Assembly (NCBI GenBank): GCA_965140445.1
Contig: OZ223236.1
Span: 1,824,001 to 1,888,000 of the forward strand
DNA from: Candidatus Ozemobacteraceae bacterium
GTDB lineage: Bacteria > Muiribacteriota > Ozemobacteria > Ozemobacterales > Ozemobacteraceae
Reading direction: 5' to 3'
Length of the DNA: 64,000 nt
A program made the position numbers and the translations under genes. Below are positions 9,949 to 19,061 of the stretch, one piece after another (the stretch's first letter is position 1; each line of letters starts with the position of its first letter). A model generated the notes under the pieces. That model was not told the DNA's origin and did not search any database. It saw only the letters and a program-made list of their open reading frames with translations.

Positions 9949-11046
9949 ATGATAATTAATGTTAATGAGATAAAGACTTCTTGTTGGGTTGGTGAGGTTA
10001 CTTTCGCCAAAGGCGCTTTCAAAAAGCTTCCTGAATTTTTAGATGCTAAAAGGGTTGATGGCTCTGGGATTGCTGTCTTTTTTGTCGATCATTATTTCAA
10101 AAACAATAAAATTCTTGATTTGCCACTAAATAAAGAAGATGAAATTTACTATGTCAATAGTGATATTGAGCCCAAAAGTGATCAAATAGATGATCTTGTA
10201 AACGACTTACGTTCAAAGAACAAGGGGAAACCGTCGGTAATAGTAGGAATTGGCGGTGGCTGTACCTTGGATACTTCCAAAGCTGTCGCTAACATGCTTA
10301 CTAATGAAGGAAAGGCTGAAGATTATCAGGGCTGGGATCTTGTTAAAAACAGAGCTATTTACAAAATTGGCGTTCCGACAATATCTGGAACTGGTGCTGA
10401 AGCCAGCAGAACATGCGTTTTGTTAAACAAGAAAAAGAATTTAAAACTTGGAATGAACAGCAAGTATACTTTGTTTGATCAGCTCATACTTGACCCAAAT
10501 CTTACTGCTACTGTTGAAAGAAATCAGTATTTCTATACAGGTATGGATACTTATATTCATTGTATTGAATCTTTGGCTGGAAGTTACCGAAATTTTTTTG
10601 CTGATACCTATTCACGAGTCGCAATTGACCTAAGCCGCGATGTTTTCTTAAGTGATGATATGATGAGCGATGAAAATCGGGAAAAGCTAATGCTTGCTTC
10701 TTTCCTGGGGGGATGCGCGATAGCCAATAGCTATGTTGGTTTGGTACACCCATTCTCTGCTGGCTTAAGTGTTGTTTTTGATACTCACCATTGTATTGGG
10801 AACTGCATTTCTTTAGACGCAATGGAAGATATTTATCCAGAAGAACATAAAGAATTTAGAAAGATGATGGAATTGCAAAAAGTAGAATTGCCAAAAGGGC
10901 TTTGCGCCAAGTCAGATGAGGCTGAATTAAAAAGACTTATGGCTTCAACTTTAATTCATGAAGTTCCTTTGTTTAACGCTCTGGGAGAAGACTTTAAAAC
11001 CATTTTAAACGAAGAAAAAGTATTCTCTATTTTTAAAAAGATGTAA
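9949..11046 (+). CDS. Iron-containing alcohol dehydrogenase, KdnB (Kdo 8-oxidase)-like
   Basis: GIGGG.TLD, YQGWDL, PTISGTGAEASRT, YTGMDTYIH, VH, HH.IGNC; closely follows recalled KdnB motifs; start likely ATG 9949 after GGAGG. Confidence 0.85.
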   Translation: MIINVNEIKTSCWVGEVTFAKGAFKKLPEFLDAKRVDGSGIAVFFVDHYFKNNKILDLPLNKEDEIYYVNSDIEPKSDQIDDLVNDLRSKNKGKPSVIVGIGGGCTLDTSKAVANMLTNEGKAEDYQGWDLVKNRAIYKIGVPTISGTGAEASRTCVLLNKKKNLKLGMNSKYTLFDQLILDPNLTATVERNQYFYTGMDTYIHCIESLAGSYRNFFADTYSRVAIDLSRDVFLSDDMMSDENREKLMLASFLGGCAIANSYVGLVHPFSAGLSVVFDTHHCIGNCISLDAMEDIYPEEHKEFRKMMELQKVELPKGLCAKSDEAELKRLMASTLIHEVPLFNALGEDFKTILNEEKVFSIFKKM

Positions 11047-11058
11047 GAGAGGTTAGGA

Positions 11059-12240
11059 ATGGACGTTAAAATAAATTTCAGTAATAAAGCACATAATTTC
11101 ACAGACGAAGAGATTCAGACTGTTATAGAGGCAATGAAAACAGCCGATCCTTTGACTCAAGGCCGATATCGTGATGAATTTGAGAAAAAACTTGCAGGTT
11201 ATCTAAAGGTTGATTCTGAGAAGGTTTTTTCTGTTTCTACTGCGACTTCAGCTTTGGAATTAACTGCTCAACTCTGTCAGTTTAAGGATGGGGATGAGGT
11301 TGTTATTCCATCTCATACATTTACATCTTCTGCATACCCTTTTTTAAAGAAGGGCGCTAAACTTGTATGGGCAGATATAGAGCTTAATACAAGGGCCGTA
11401 AGTGTTGATACTATTAAAAAGTGTCTGACAGACAAGACAAAGGCTGTGGTGGTTGTACATCTCTATGGCTATTTAATAGATATGGAACCAATTGTTGAGC
11501 TGTGCAAAGAAAGAAATATTTTCTTGATTGAAGATTCTGCTCAAGCATTTGGGACGCATATTAATGGCAAAATGGCAGGTACTTTTGGTGATTTTGGAAT
11601 TTTCTCTTTCCATTCACATAAGAATATTACTACCCTGGGCGAAGGTGGGGCAATTTATCTGAAAGATCCCAAAATGGCTGCAATTCTGCCCATGCTTAGA
11701 CACAATGGCCATTGCGGCTTTGACTATGAGCGCGAACACTATTGGATTCCAGCAATGGGAAATGTTGATTTTCCTGAGTTAAACGGAGAAATATTTTACC
11801 CAAATAACTATTGCCTGGGCGAAATAGAATGTGCTATTGGCACAAAACTTCTTGATAGAATTGATAAGATTAATTCGGAAAAACGCGCCAGAGCTATCAA
11901 GTTTATTGATGCTTTGTCGGATTTTTCTGAGCTGGAATTCCACAGAGTTGATTCTGTTAGGCACAATTACCATCTTCTAGTTTGCAGGGTTACTAATGGT
12001 AAAAGAGATGAAATTCTTAAAAAGCTGGCCTATGAAAAAGGGATTAAATGTGTTGTTCAATATTTTCCACTGAATCGATATGATTTGTATAAAAAAGTGG
12101 GTTTAGGAGAAGCTGATTGCCCTAATACCGATGAATTCTTTGATAATATGATTTCATTCCCATTTCATCATTGGCTATCAGATGAAGATTTTGATTATAT
12201 GCTCAACTCAACAAAAGAGGTTTTGAAGGAACTTAGGTAG
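11059..12240 (+). CDS. DegT/DnrJ/EryC1/StrS PLP sugar aminotransferase
   Basis: DEVVIPSHTF, VVHLYG, EDSAQA, FSFHSHKNITTLGEGG (PLP Lys present). Confidence 0.92.
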   Translation: MDVKINFSNKAHNFTDEEIQTVIEAMKTADPLTQGRYRDEFEKKLAGYLKVDSEKVFSVSTATSALELTAQLCQFKDGDEVVIPSHTFTSSAYPFLKKGAKLVWADIELNTRAVSVDTIKKCLTDKTKAVVVVHLYGYLIDMEPIVELCKERNIFLIEDSAQAFGTHINGKMAGTFGDFGIFSFHSHKNITTLGEGGAIYLKDPKMAAILPMLRHNGHCGFDYEREHYWIPAMGNVDFPELNGEIFYPNNYCLGEIECAIGTKLLDRIDKINSEKRARAIKFIDALSDFSELEFHRVDSVRHNYHLLVCRVTNGKRDEILKKLAYEKGIKCVVQYFPLNRYDLYKKVGLGEADCPNTDEFFDNMISFPFHHWLSDEDFDYMLNSTKEVLKELR

Positions 12241-12241
12241 G

Positions 12242-13831
12242 ATGAAAAATCTTCTAGTTGTTATTCCAGCAATTAAAAAGAATGCAGTAATTCCCGATCA
12301 GCTTGTGAAAAAACTGAACGGGATTACTTTAATTCAAAGAGCTATTAATACAGCAAAAGATTTGACCGAAAAAGAAAATATTCTCGTTGTAACTGATTCT
12401 GAAGAAATTTCTTTGATTTGTGAAAGAAATGAAGTTGGCTTTTATCTTGATTCAAAATTGAGGTTGAATCCGAATGAGATTATTAAAGAGCTTTTTGAAA
12501 TAATTAAAAATAACATTCAAGAAAACATTCTGCTTTATCGTGCCAACACCCCGTTAGTTGACTCTGAAACTCTTAGGGATGCATATTCTGAGTTCTTGAA
12601 CAACCCCTCTAGTGTTCTAACTTCTGTCAAGCAAGGAAAAAGGAAGCTTCTAGCCAAAGATTGTGGTCGACTAAAGCGAATCTTTTCTGCAGGAGAAGAA
12701 TACTTTGAAGAATTAAAAGCTTTTCACATTTTCTCTAGAGATACTGTTTCCAAATCAAACTATGACTTTCTCCCATTTGTTATTGGTGATGAACAATCAA
12801 TTGAGATTGCCAGTTATCAAAACTGGTGGGTGTGTGAGAAAATTTTGCAGAGAAAAAGAATTGTTTTCAATGTAATTGGTAGCGTTGAAATTGGAATGGG
12901 TCACATCTATCATTCATTATCACTTGCTCACGAAATAACTGATCACGAAGTAATTTTTGTTTGCGATGAAAAGTATAAAATAGTTGTAGATAAGATTGCC
13001 GCTACTGATTATCGGGTTATTGCAACAGACGATACAACCAAGACCATTTTGTCACTAAAACCAGAAATGGTGATCAATGATATTTTAAATACAGGTGAGG
13101 AATTTATCCGGGCATTGAAGGCAAGGGGAATAAAGGTTGTAAATTTTGAAGATCTTGGGTCTGGTTCCAAATTTGCTGATCTGGTTTTTAATGAGTTATA
13201 TGATAACCCTCAATGTGAAGGTCTTAATTATTGCTGGGGATACAAGTATCTTGCCTTGCGAGATGAATTTTACGAAGCCGTTCCCAACCAATTTGTAGAT
13301 GAAGTTCGAGCAGTAATGATTTCTTTTGGCGGAACGGACCAAAACAACCTTACTTTACGTTCTTTAAAGGCAGTTATCGAAACAGTCAAAAAAAATAGAA
13401 TAAAAGTTTTTATTGTGTGTGGTGGAGCTTTTGGCTTTAGGAAAGAACTGGAGTCTTATTTAATGCAATTGAATTACGATAATATTGAGTTAATTTTTGC
13501 TAGTGACGTCATGTCAAAGGTAATGGAAAAAACTAATATTGCTATTTCTTCGAATGGAAGAACGGTCTATGAGTTGGCTGACATGAATATTCCCGCTATT
13601 ATAATTTCTCACCATGAAAGGGAGGCAACTCATACATTTGCTTCGCTTGAGAAGGGTTTTGTTAATCTCGGGGTTTATGATGAGAAGACTTCTATGGATA
13701 TTTTAAGAGAGAAGTTTGAAAAACTGGTAAATGACAGAGACTACAGAAAGTTGCTGTTTTTGAATATTAGAAAATACAACTTCAGAGAGAACAAACAGAA
13801 AGTTGTTCGAAAAATTTTGGAGTTATTATGA
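12242..13831 (+). CDS. Fusion: degenerate CMP-nonulosonate synthetase (NeuA/PseF-like) domain + PseG/SpsG-like nucleotide-sugar hydrolase domain
   Basis: N-terminal VIPA..., VVTDSEEI, TPL, SIEI; C-terminal IGMGHIYHS, SFGGTD, SNGRTVYELA. Confidence 0.8.
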   Translation: MKNLLVVIPAIKKNAVIPDQLVKKLNGITLIQRAINTAKDLTEKENILVVTDSEEISLICERNEVGFYLDSKLRLNPNEIIKELFEIIKNNIQENILLYRANTPLVDSETLRDAYSEFLNNPSSVLTSVKQGKRKLLAKDCGRLKRIFSAGEEYFEELKAFHIFSRDTVSKSNYDFLPFVIGDEQSIEIASYQNWWVCEKILQRKRIVFNVIGSVEIGMGHIYHSLSLAHEITDHEVIFVCDEKYKIVVDKIAATDYRVIATDDTTKTILSLKPEMVINDILNTGEEFIRALKARGIKVVNFEDLGSGSKFADLVFNELYDNPQCEGLNYCWGYKYLALRDEFYEAVPNQFVDEVRAVMISFGGTDQNNLTLRSLKAVIETVKKNRIKVFIVCGGAFGFRKELESYLMQLNYDNIELIFASDVMSKVMEKTNIAISSNGRTVYELADMNIPAIIISHHEREATHTFASLEKGFVNLGVYDEKTSMDILREKFEKLVNDRDYRKLLFLNIRKYNFRENKQKVVRKILELL

Positions 13832-15570
13832 AAATAATTGTGGAAGTAGCAAATACTCATGAGGGAGACATTGGGTATTTGTATAAACATATTGAGAGCT
13901 TGAACGAAGTTGGTGTAGATGCGATCAAATTCCAATACCTTATTCCGGAAGAATTTGGTGATGCTGGTAGTGAAAACTTTGTTGAGTTCACACGACTCAG
14001 AATACCACATGAAGATTTTGAAAACTTAGTTGGGAAATACAGTAACATTGCATTTTATTTTGATGTCTTTGGAAATGAATCATTGACCAGAGTGATTGAG
14101 ATTGCAAAAGTAAATTCAAACTTAAAGGGAATTAAGCTTCATGCCACCAGCTCAATGAACTTTGATTTGATATTAAAAAGTTCAAATGAAGTTGATGAGC
14201 TTTTTGTTTCAATTAGTGGTTTAACAGCTGTTGAAATTAGTGAACTGGTAAAATTTGCAACTAATAATGACATAAAAAACAAAATGATTTTAACTTATGG
14301 CGTCCAGAACTCTCCAACCTTAATTGAGGAAATAAAAATAAATAAACTTGTGGAGTTAAAAAAGATTTTTGGAATGAAGATTTGTCTAAGCGAACATCTT
14401 GATGGCGCAATAAACATGGCAAAAACTATTGTATCCTTAGCAAATATTCTTGGATTTGATTATATTGAGAAACACTCAACTTTGGATCGTGACCGGAAGT
14501 TAGATGACGATACCTCTGCATTAAATGTTGCGGAAATTGCAGAGGTTATCAAAGAGCAATCCTGTGTAAAAAGCCTTATTTCTGATAATGTTCTTACTTT
14601 GTCCCCAAAAGAACTTGAATATAGAAACAAGGTGAAATTAGCTATTTACGCAAATAAGGACATAGCTGCCGGGGAAAAATTTATTCTAAACGATTCCAGT
14701 CTATTGCTTAAGAGACAGGAGCATGCTGAAGGCAGTAACATTAACTACCTTAATCTCTATGACATTATTGGCAGAGCCGCTTCGCAAAAAATAAAAAATG
14801 GCTCTCTAATTACTTCTGAAATGGTTGAACAGAAGGTATTGTGGGTGGTTCTTATTAGAAGCGCATCTTCAAGGCTTCCAAATAAAGCTTACGCAAAAAT
14901 TGGCGAGTATCTTTGTGTAGATTTTTTGATTAAGAGATTAAAAACGTCAAAGAGAAATGAGCAAATGGTTATTTGCACTACTGATTTATCAGAAGATGAT
15001 GTAATAGAGAAAATTGCCCGGGAGAATTCAGTTGATTGCGTTAGGGGTAGCGAAAATATTTCAGAGAGATTAGAAAAGGTTTTTGCGTCTTATGAGTGTG
15101 ATGTATTTGTAAGATTAACTGGTGATAACGTTTTTGTTGATACTGATCACATAGACCAGGTTCTTCTAGAATTTGTAAATGGCAAATATGATTATTACAG
15201 ACATGAGAATGTTATTGATGGTTGTGATTTTGAAGTCGTAAATAAAAGGGCTTACGATTCACTTGGCTGCTACTTTGGCAACTTCTTTGAAAACAGTGAA
15301 TATATGACTCTATTTCTAAAAAATAGTTATTTCAGGGAAATGAACTCAAAAGCATATGACATCAATTTTGATTTCGCTGCATATAGATTTACCCTCGATT
15401 ACATTGAAGACTTAAATAATATTAGATTGATTTTTGATGCATTTAAAAGAATTGATTTCTCCTACCAGGAACTGTGTGAATTGATTGCCTCAGGGAAATC
15501 TGGGTTTATACCGTTTCAACCACCGAATAAAGCTCTTGGTGTCCAAGTGTCTAAAAAAACGTTGTTCTAG
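13828..15570 (+). CDS. Fusion: divergent NeuB-type ulosonate synthase + SAF domain + SpsF-like cytidylyltransferase
   Basis: IVEVANTHEG, AIKFQ, SEH, IEKH; A.KDI.AGE...KR SAF; RSASSRLPNK, RLTGDN, RFTLDY.ED. Confidence 0.8.
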   Translation: MKIIVEVANTHEGDIGYLYKHIESLNEVGVDAIKFQYLIPEEFGDAGSENFVEFTRLRIPHEDFENLVGKYSNIAFYFDVFGNESLTRVIEIAKVNSNLKGIKLHATSSMNFDLILKSSNEVDELFVSISGLTAVEISELVKFATNNDIKNKMILTYGVQNSPTLIEEIKINKLVELKKIFGMKICLSEHLDGAINMAKTIVSLANILGFDYIEKHSTLDRDRKLDDDTSALNVAEIAEVIKEQSCVKSLISDNVLTLSPKELEYRNKVKLAIYANKDIAAGEKFILNDSSLLLKRQEHAEGSNINYLNLYDIIGRAASQKIKNGSLITSEMVEQKVLWVVLIRSASSRLPNKAYAKIGEYLCVDFLIKRLKTSKRNEQMVICTTDLSEDDVIEKIARENSVDCVRGSENISERLEKVFASYECDVFVRLTGDNVFVDTDHIDQVLLEFVNGKYDYYRHENVIDGCDFEVVNKRAYDSLGCYFGNFFENSEYMTLFLKNSYFREMNSKAYDINFDFAAYRFTLDYIEDLNNIRLIFDAFKRIDFSYQELCELIASGKSGFIPFQPPNKALGVQVSKKTLF

Positions 15571-15591
15571 GCAAGCATTTGCCAGGTAGAA

Positions 15592-16311
15592 ATGAAGTTG
15601 GAAAAAAATATGAGTAAAGATAAAAAAATAGTTGCAGTGATTCAGGCCAGGGTTGGTTCAACAAGGTTGCCAAATAAGGCTATGCTACACTTACACGGCT
15701 ATCCGATTATAGATTGGGTAGCAAATAGAGTTAAGTGGTCTCAGAAGTTGGATGACATCGTTTTTGCTATTCCTGACACTGAGAAGGATTTGATCATTCA
15801 GTCTTATCTGGAGAAGTCAGGAATAAAAGTTTTTGCTGGAAGCGAGTCAGACGTTCTAGGCAGAACTGTTGCGGCCAGTCGAAGTCTTGGTGCAACACAT
15901 ATTGTACGAATCTGCGCTGACAACCCCTTCATTGATGGTAAAGAAATTGATAACCTTATAGACTTTTATTTTGAACAATCCTTGGACTATGCTTATAATC
16001 ACATTCCGAGGAATAATAAATACCCAGATGGGTTGGGTGCAGAGATTGTGTCACTCCAAATTTTGGAAAAAATTGATTCCGTGGCAACTTCAAGCTCTCA
16101 GCGTGAGCACACTTTTAATTATATCTGGGAGAACCTGGAGCAATTCAAAATTGGCACTTTTGATCCTCTTGATTCAAGGCTTTGGCACCCAGAAATAAGA
16201 GTTGATATGGACAACTACTCAGATTATTTGAAATATCTTAATTTAAACGTTTCAATTGATGTTTCGGCATTAGAGCTAATTAAACTATTAACCGCTGGAG
16301 AAGAAAAATGA
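15592..16311 (+). CDS. SpsF-like cytidylyltransferase
   Basis: IQARVGSTRLPNK, GSESDVLGR, RICADNPF, REH, RVDMD; real start may be 15610. Confidence 0.88.
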   Translation: MKLEKNMSKDKKIVAVIQARVGSTRLPNKAMLHLHGYPIIDWVANRVKWSQKLDDIVFAIPDTEKDLIIQSYLEKSGIKVFAGSESDVLGRTVAASRSLGATHIVRICADNPFIDGKEIDNLIDFYFEQSLDYAYNHIPRNNKYPDGLGAEIVSLQILEKIDSVATSSSQREHTFNYIWENLEQFKIGTFDPLDSRLWHPEIRVDMDNYSDYLKYLNLNVSIDVSALELIKLLTAGEEK

Positions 16312-17369
16312 AGATTCTTGATTTGTTCCAAAATCCTTCTAAAAAAGCTGTAGGAAGACTTTCTCGCCCATATATTATTGCAGAGGCTGGAGTAAATCAT
16401 GAAGGAAGTATGGATCTTGCCAGGCGCTTAATTGATGAAGCAGCTGAGGGTGGAGCCAATGCTATAAAGTTTCAGACTTACAAAGCTAGTACAATCGCTT
16501 CGAAAGATTCTCCCTATTATTGGGATATCACTAAAGAACCCACCAAAAGCCAATTCGAACTGTTTCAAAAATACGATAAGTTCTGGAAAAGTGAATTTGA
16601 AGAACTAAAAAAGTATTGCGATAAAGTCGGAATTGAATTTATGAGCACACCTTTTGATGTGGAATCAGCAATTTTCCTAAATGACATGATGGATGTTTTT
16701 AAGATCTCCTCATCTGACATAACAAACAAACCATTTATAGAATTCATGTGTGATTTTAATAAACCAATAATTCTTTCTACGGGAGCTTCTTACATGTGGG
16801 AAGTTCAGGAAGCTGTAGAGTGGATTGAAAATAAAGGGAACTCTCTTGCTTTGCTTCATTGCGTTTTAAATTACCCAACGCCAGACGAAAATGCAAATCT
16901 TGGGATGATCTCAACGCTGCGAAACGCTTTTCCTGAAAATATCATTGGTTATTCTGATCATACTTTACCCGGAGATATGCACGTATTAGAAGTGGCAACA
17001 ACCTTGGGAGCCCAAATTCTTGAAAAGCATTTTTCTCATGATAAGTCTCTGCCAGGCAATGATCATTATCATGCTATGGACAAGGAAGATTTGAAAAAAT
17101 TTCATATCAGGCTTGATTATTTGGAAAAAGTATTTGGAACTTCAAAATTTGGAGCGCTTCCTGATGAAGAGAAAGCAAGAAAAAATGCCAGAAGGAGCTT
17201 GGTAGCAGCAAGGGATATTCCACAGGGAAAGACTATAGATTTTGCCGATCTAACTTTTAAACGACCTGCATCTGGCATTAGTCCAAGATGTATAGATGAA
17301 GTAATTGGAAAAGTTGCTGAAAAAAATATTGGTGAAGATGAAGTGATGAAATGGAATTTTCTTAGCTAA
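16308..17369 (+). CDS. neuB: N-acetylneuraminate synthase family protein (nonulosonate synthase) with SAF domain
   Basis: IIAEAGVNHEG, AIKFQTY, STPFD, KISS.D, LSTG, LHC..NYP, GYSDHT, EKHF, NDH, RRSL, KRP. Confidence 0.93.
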   Translation: MKILDLFQNPSKKAVGRLSRPYIIAEAGVNHEGSMDLARRLIDEAAEGGANAIKFQTYKASTIASKDSPYYWDITKEPTKSQFELFQKYDKFWKSEFEELKKYCDKVGIEFMSTPFDVESAIFLNDMMDVFKISSSDITNKPFIEFMCDFNKPIILSTGASYMWEVQEAVEWIENKGNSLALLHCVLNYPTPDENANLGMISTLRNAFPENIIGYSDHTLPGDMHVLEVATTLGAQILEKHFSHDKSLPGNDHYHAMDKEDLKKFHIRLDYLEKVFGTSKFGALPDEEKARKNARRSLVAARDIPQGKTIDFADLTFKRPASGISPRCIDEVIGKVAEKNIGEDEVMKWNFLS

Positions 17370-17375
17370 TTGATT

Positions 17376-19061
17376 ATGACTAAGATTCTATTTGTAGATA
17401 TAAAGGGAAGGGCTGATGAAGAAGTTGTTCTAGAAAAAATAGCTGAGATTTCTCCAGATGAAATTGTTTCTCTATCTCCTTTTGCTGTTTATCTATTGGA
17501 ACGAAACAATTTGAAATTCAGTAGTCTTCACGACTTTCTTTCTGTTCAGGAATTCAGGGACAAAATACTGGTTTTATACTCTCAAATGAGAGAGCTGATA
17601 GAGAGTATTTTCTCGGAAGCAAATCTTGGTTTTGGTTTGATGTTTGATTTGTGCCGCGTAGTAAATTACTTTTTTGCTATGAATCAAATCGAGATCATCG
17701 CGGGGAAAAAAGAGGCAATATATTTGACGGATATTTGCGTCAAAAAAGAGTTGTCTGACCATTCTGACATTCAAAAGTTGCTTTCGAATCAGATTCTTGT
17801 CATTCCGAAGGGATTTAAGTTAATTCAGCTTGAGCCACCGACTATTTTTTGGCAGGAGCTTCAAAAGCTTTTCTTTAAGTTGAAAACAATTAGCTCTTTT
17901 GGGCATCTTAAAAAGATTGTTGCAAGACGAACGCAGAATTTTCAGAATATTGATGCTTTGCTGAAGTATGATTGGTCCGAATTGGTTAAGCTTTTGCAAG
18001 ATATTGATCAAAAAGTCTCTTCAAAGTCAATGAAACCTGAAAAGTTAGTACTTTTCAAAAATGGTTGGAATCAAAAGCTTGAAGAGTTCTCCAAGAATGT
18101 TTGGCCTCACAATTATGAAATTGTGACTCTCGCATTGAAGGCTGAATTCGTAAATTATGAAAAAGTGTTTTCAAGTTTTGATTCCTTATCATCTGCTGCG
18201 AACTTTTTTGTGTTTGCAGATAATGGAAATACTTTTTTGAAGGCTCAAATGTGTAAGCACTTAGGGGTTGAAAGCTTTTTCTTTCAGCATGGCAGCTATC
18301 TCTACAGAAATGTTTTTATTGAATTTTCTGAAGTAATTCCAGCTACCTTTAATTTTGTTATAAACGATTTTACTCATAATTATTTTGAGAGCATGGGGGC
18401 AAAAGATATTGTTACAGTTGGTTCTAAGGCTCATTGTTACGAGATAGTCGAAAAGCCTAAGGAATATGATTTTGTTTATATAACTCAAGGACATGATTAT
18501 TATGGGAAGTCTTTATATGTAGATTTTCCAGATTCAACCCATTCTTTTGATGGATATGAGCTTTATAAGCGACATGAAGCTCTGGTAAAACTATTTGGAC
18601 AAAAGCATCCTGATAAAAAAATCTGCATTAGAATGCACCCTGTTGTAAAAGGTGACGGCTATTATGTTCCAATGGATGAGCTGGCTGAAAAGTTTCCCAA
18701 TGTAAAAATTGATTTTAGTACACCTATAAAAACTCTTGTTGAAACATCTAAGAGTATTATTAGCGACTATTTTACAACTGAGTTTTTGAATTTCAATATA
18801 CATTTCGCCCGAGATATTATTTTGTTCAGTGGATCGCCTACACCTATTCCTAATGATTTAAGAGAAGATATTGGAAAAATGTTTCTTTGCTGTGATAATC
18901 TTTCGGAGCTAGCTTCTATTCTTGATGATTTTGAAAAAATTGTTGCTGAAAGAGTCAAGGAGCAAAAAATCATTGAGTTTTATTCTTCTAAAAAGCTTGA
19001 TACAGAGAGTCTTGTAAGGCGATCAGTTTCCGAAAAACTAAAGATTGGTTTAAATTCGTGA
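17376..19061 (+). CDS. Hypothetical protein; candidate CMP-ulosonate transferase (GT-B-like)
   Basis: About 560 aa ORF coupled to neuB; FQHG and RMHP motifs, as seen in sialyl/Kdo-transferase-like GT-B proteins. Confidence 0.55.
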   Translation: MTKILFVDIKGRADEEVVLEKIAEISPDEIVSLSPFAVYLLERNNLKFSSLHDFLSVQEFRDKILVLYSQMRELIESIFSEANLGFGLMFDLCRVVNYFFAMNQIEIIAGKKEAIYLTDICVKKELSDHSDIQKLLSNQILVIPKGFKLIQLEPPTIFWQELQKLFFKLKTISSFGHLKKIVARRTQNFQNIDALLKYDWSELVKLLQDIDQKVSSKSMKPEKLVLFKNGWNQKLEEFSKNVWPHNYEIVTLALKAEFVNYEKVFSSFDSLSSAANFFVFADNGNTFLKAQMCKHLGVESFFFQHGSYLYRNVFIEFSEVIPATFNFVINDFTHNYFESMGAKDIVTVGSKAHCYEIVEKPKEYDFVYITQGHDYYGKSLYVDFPDSTHSFDGYELYKRHEALVKLFGQKHPDKKICIRMHPVVKGDGYYVPMDELAEKFPNVKIDFSTPIKTLVETSKSIISDYFTTEFLNFNIHFARDIILFSGSPTPIPNDLREDIGKMFLCCDNLSELASILDDFEKIVAERVKEQKIIEFYSSKKLDTESLVRRSVSEKLKIGLNS

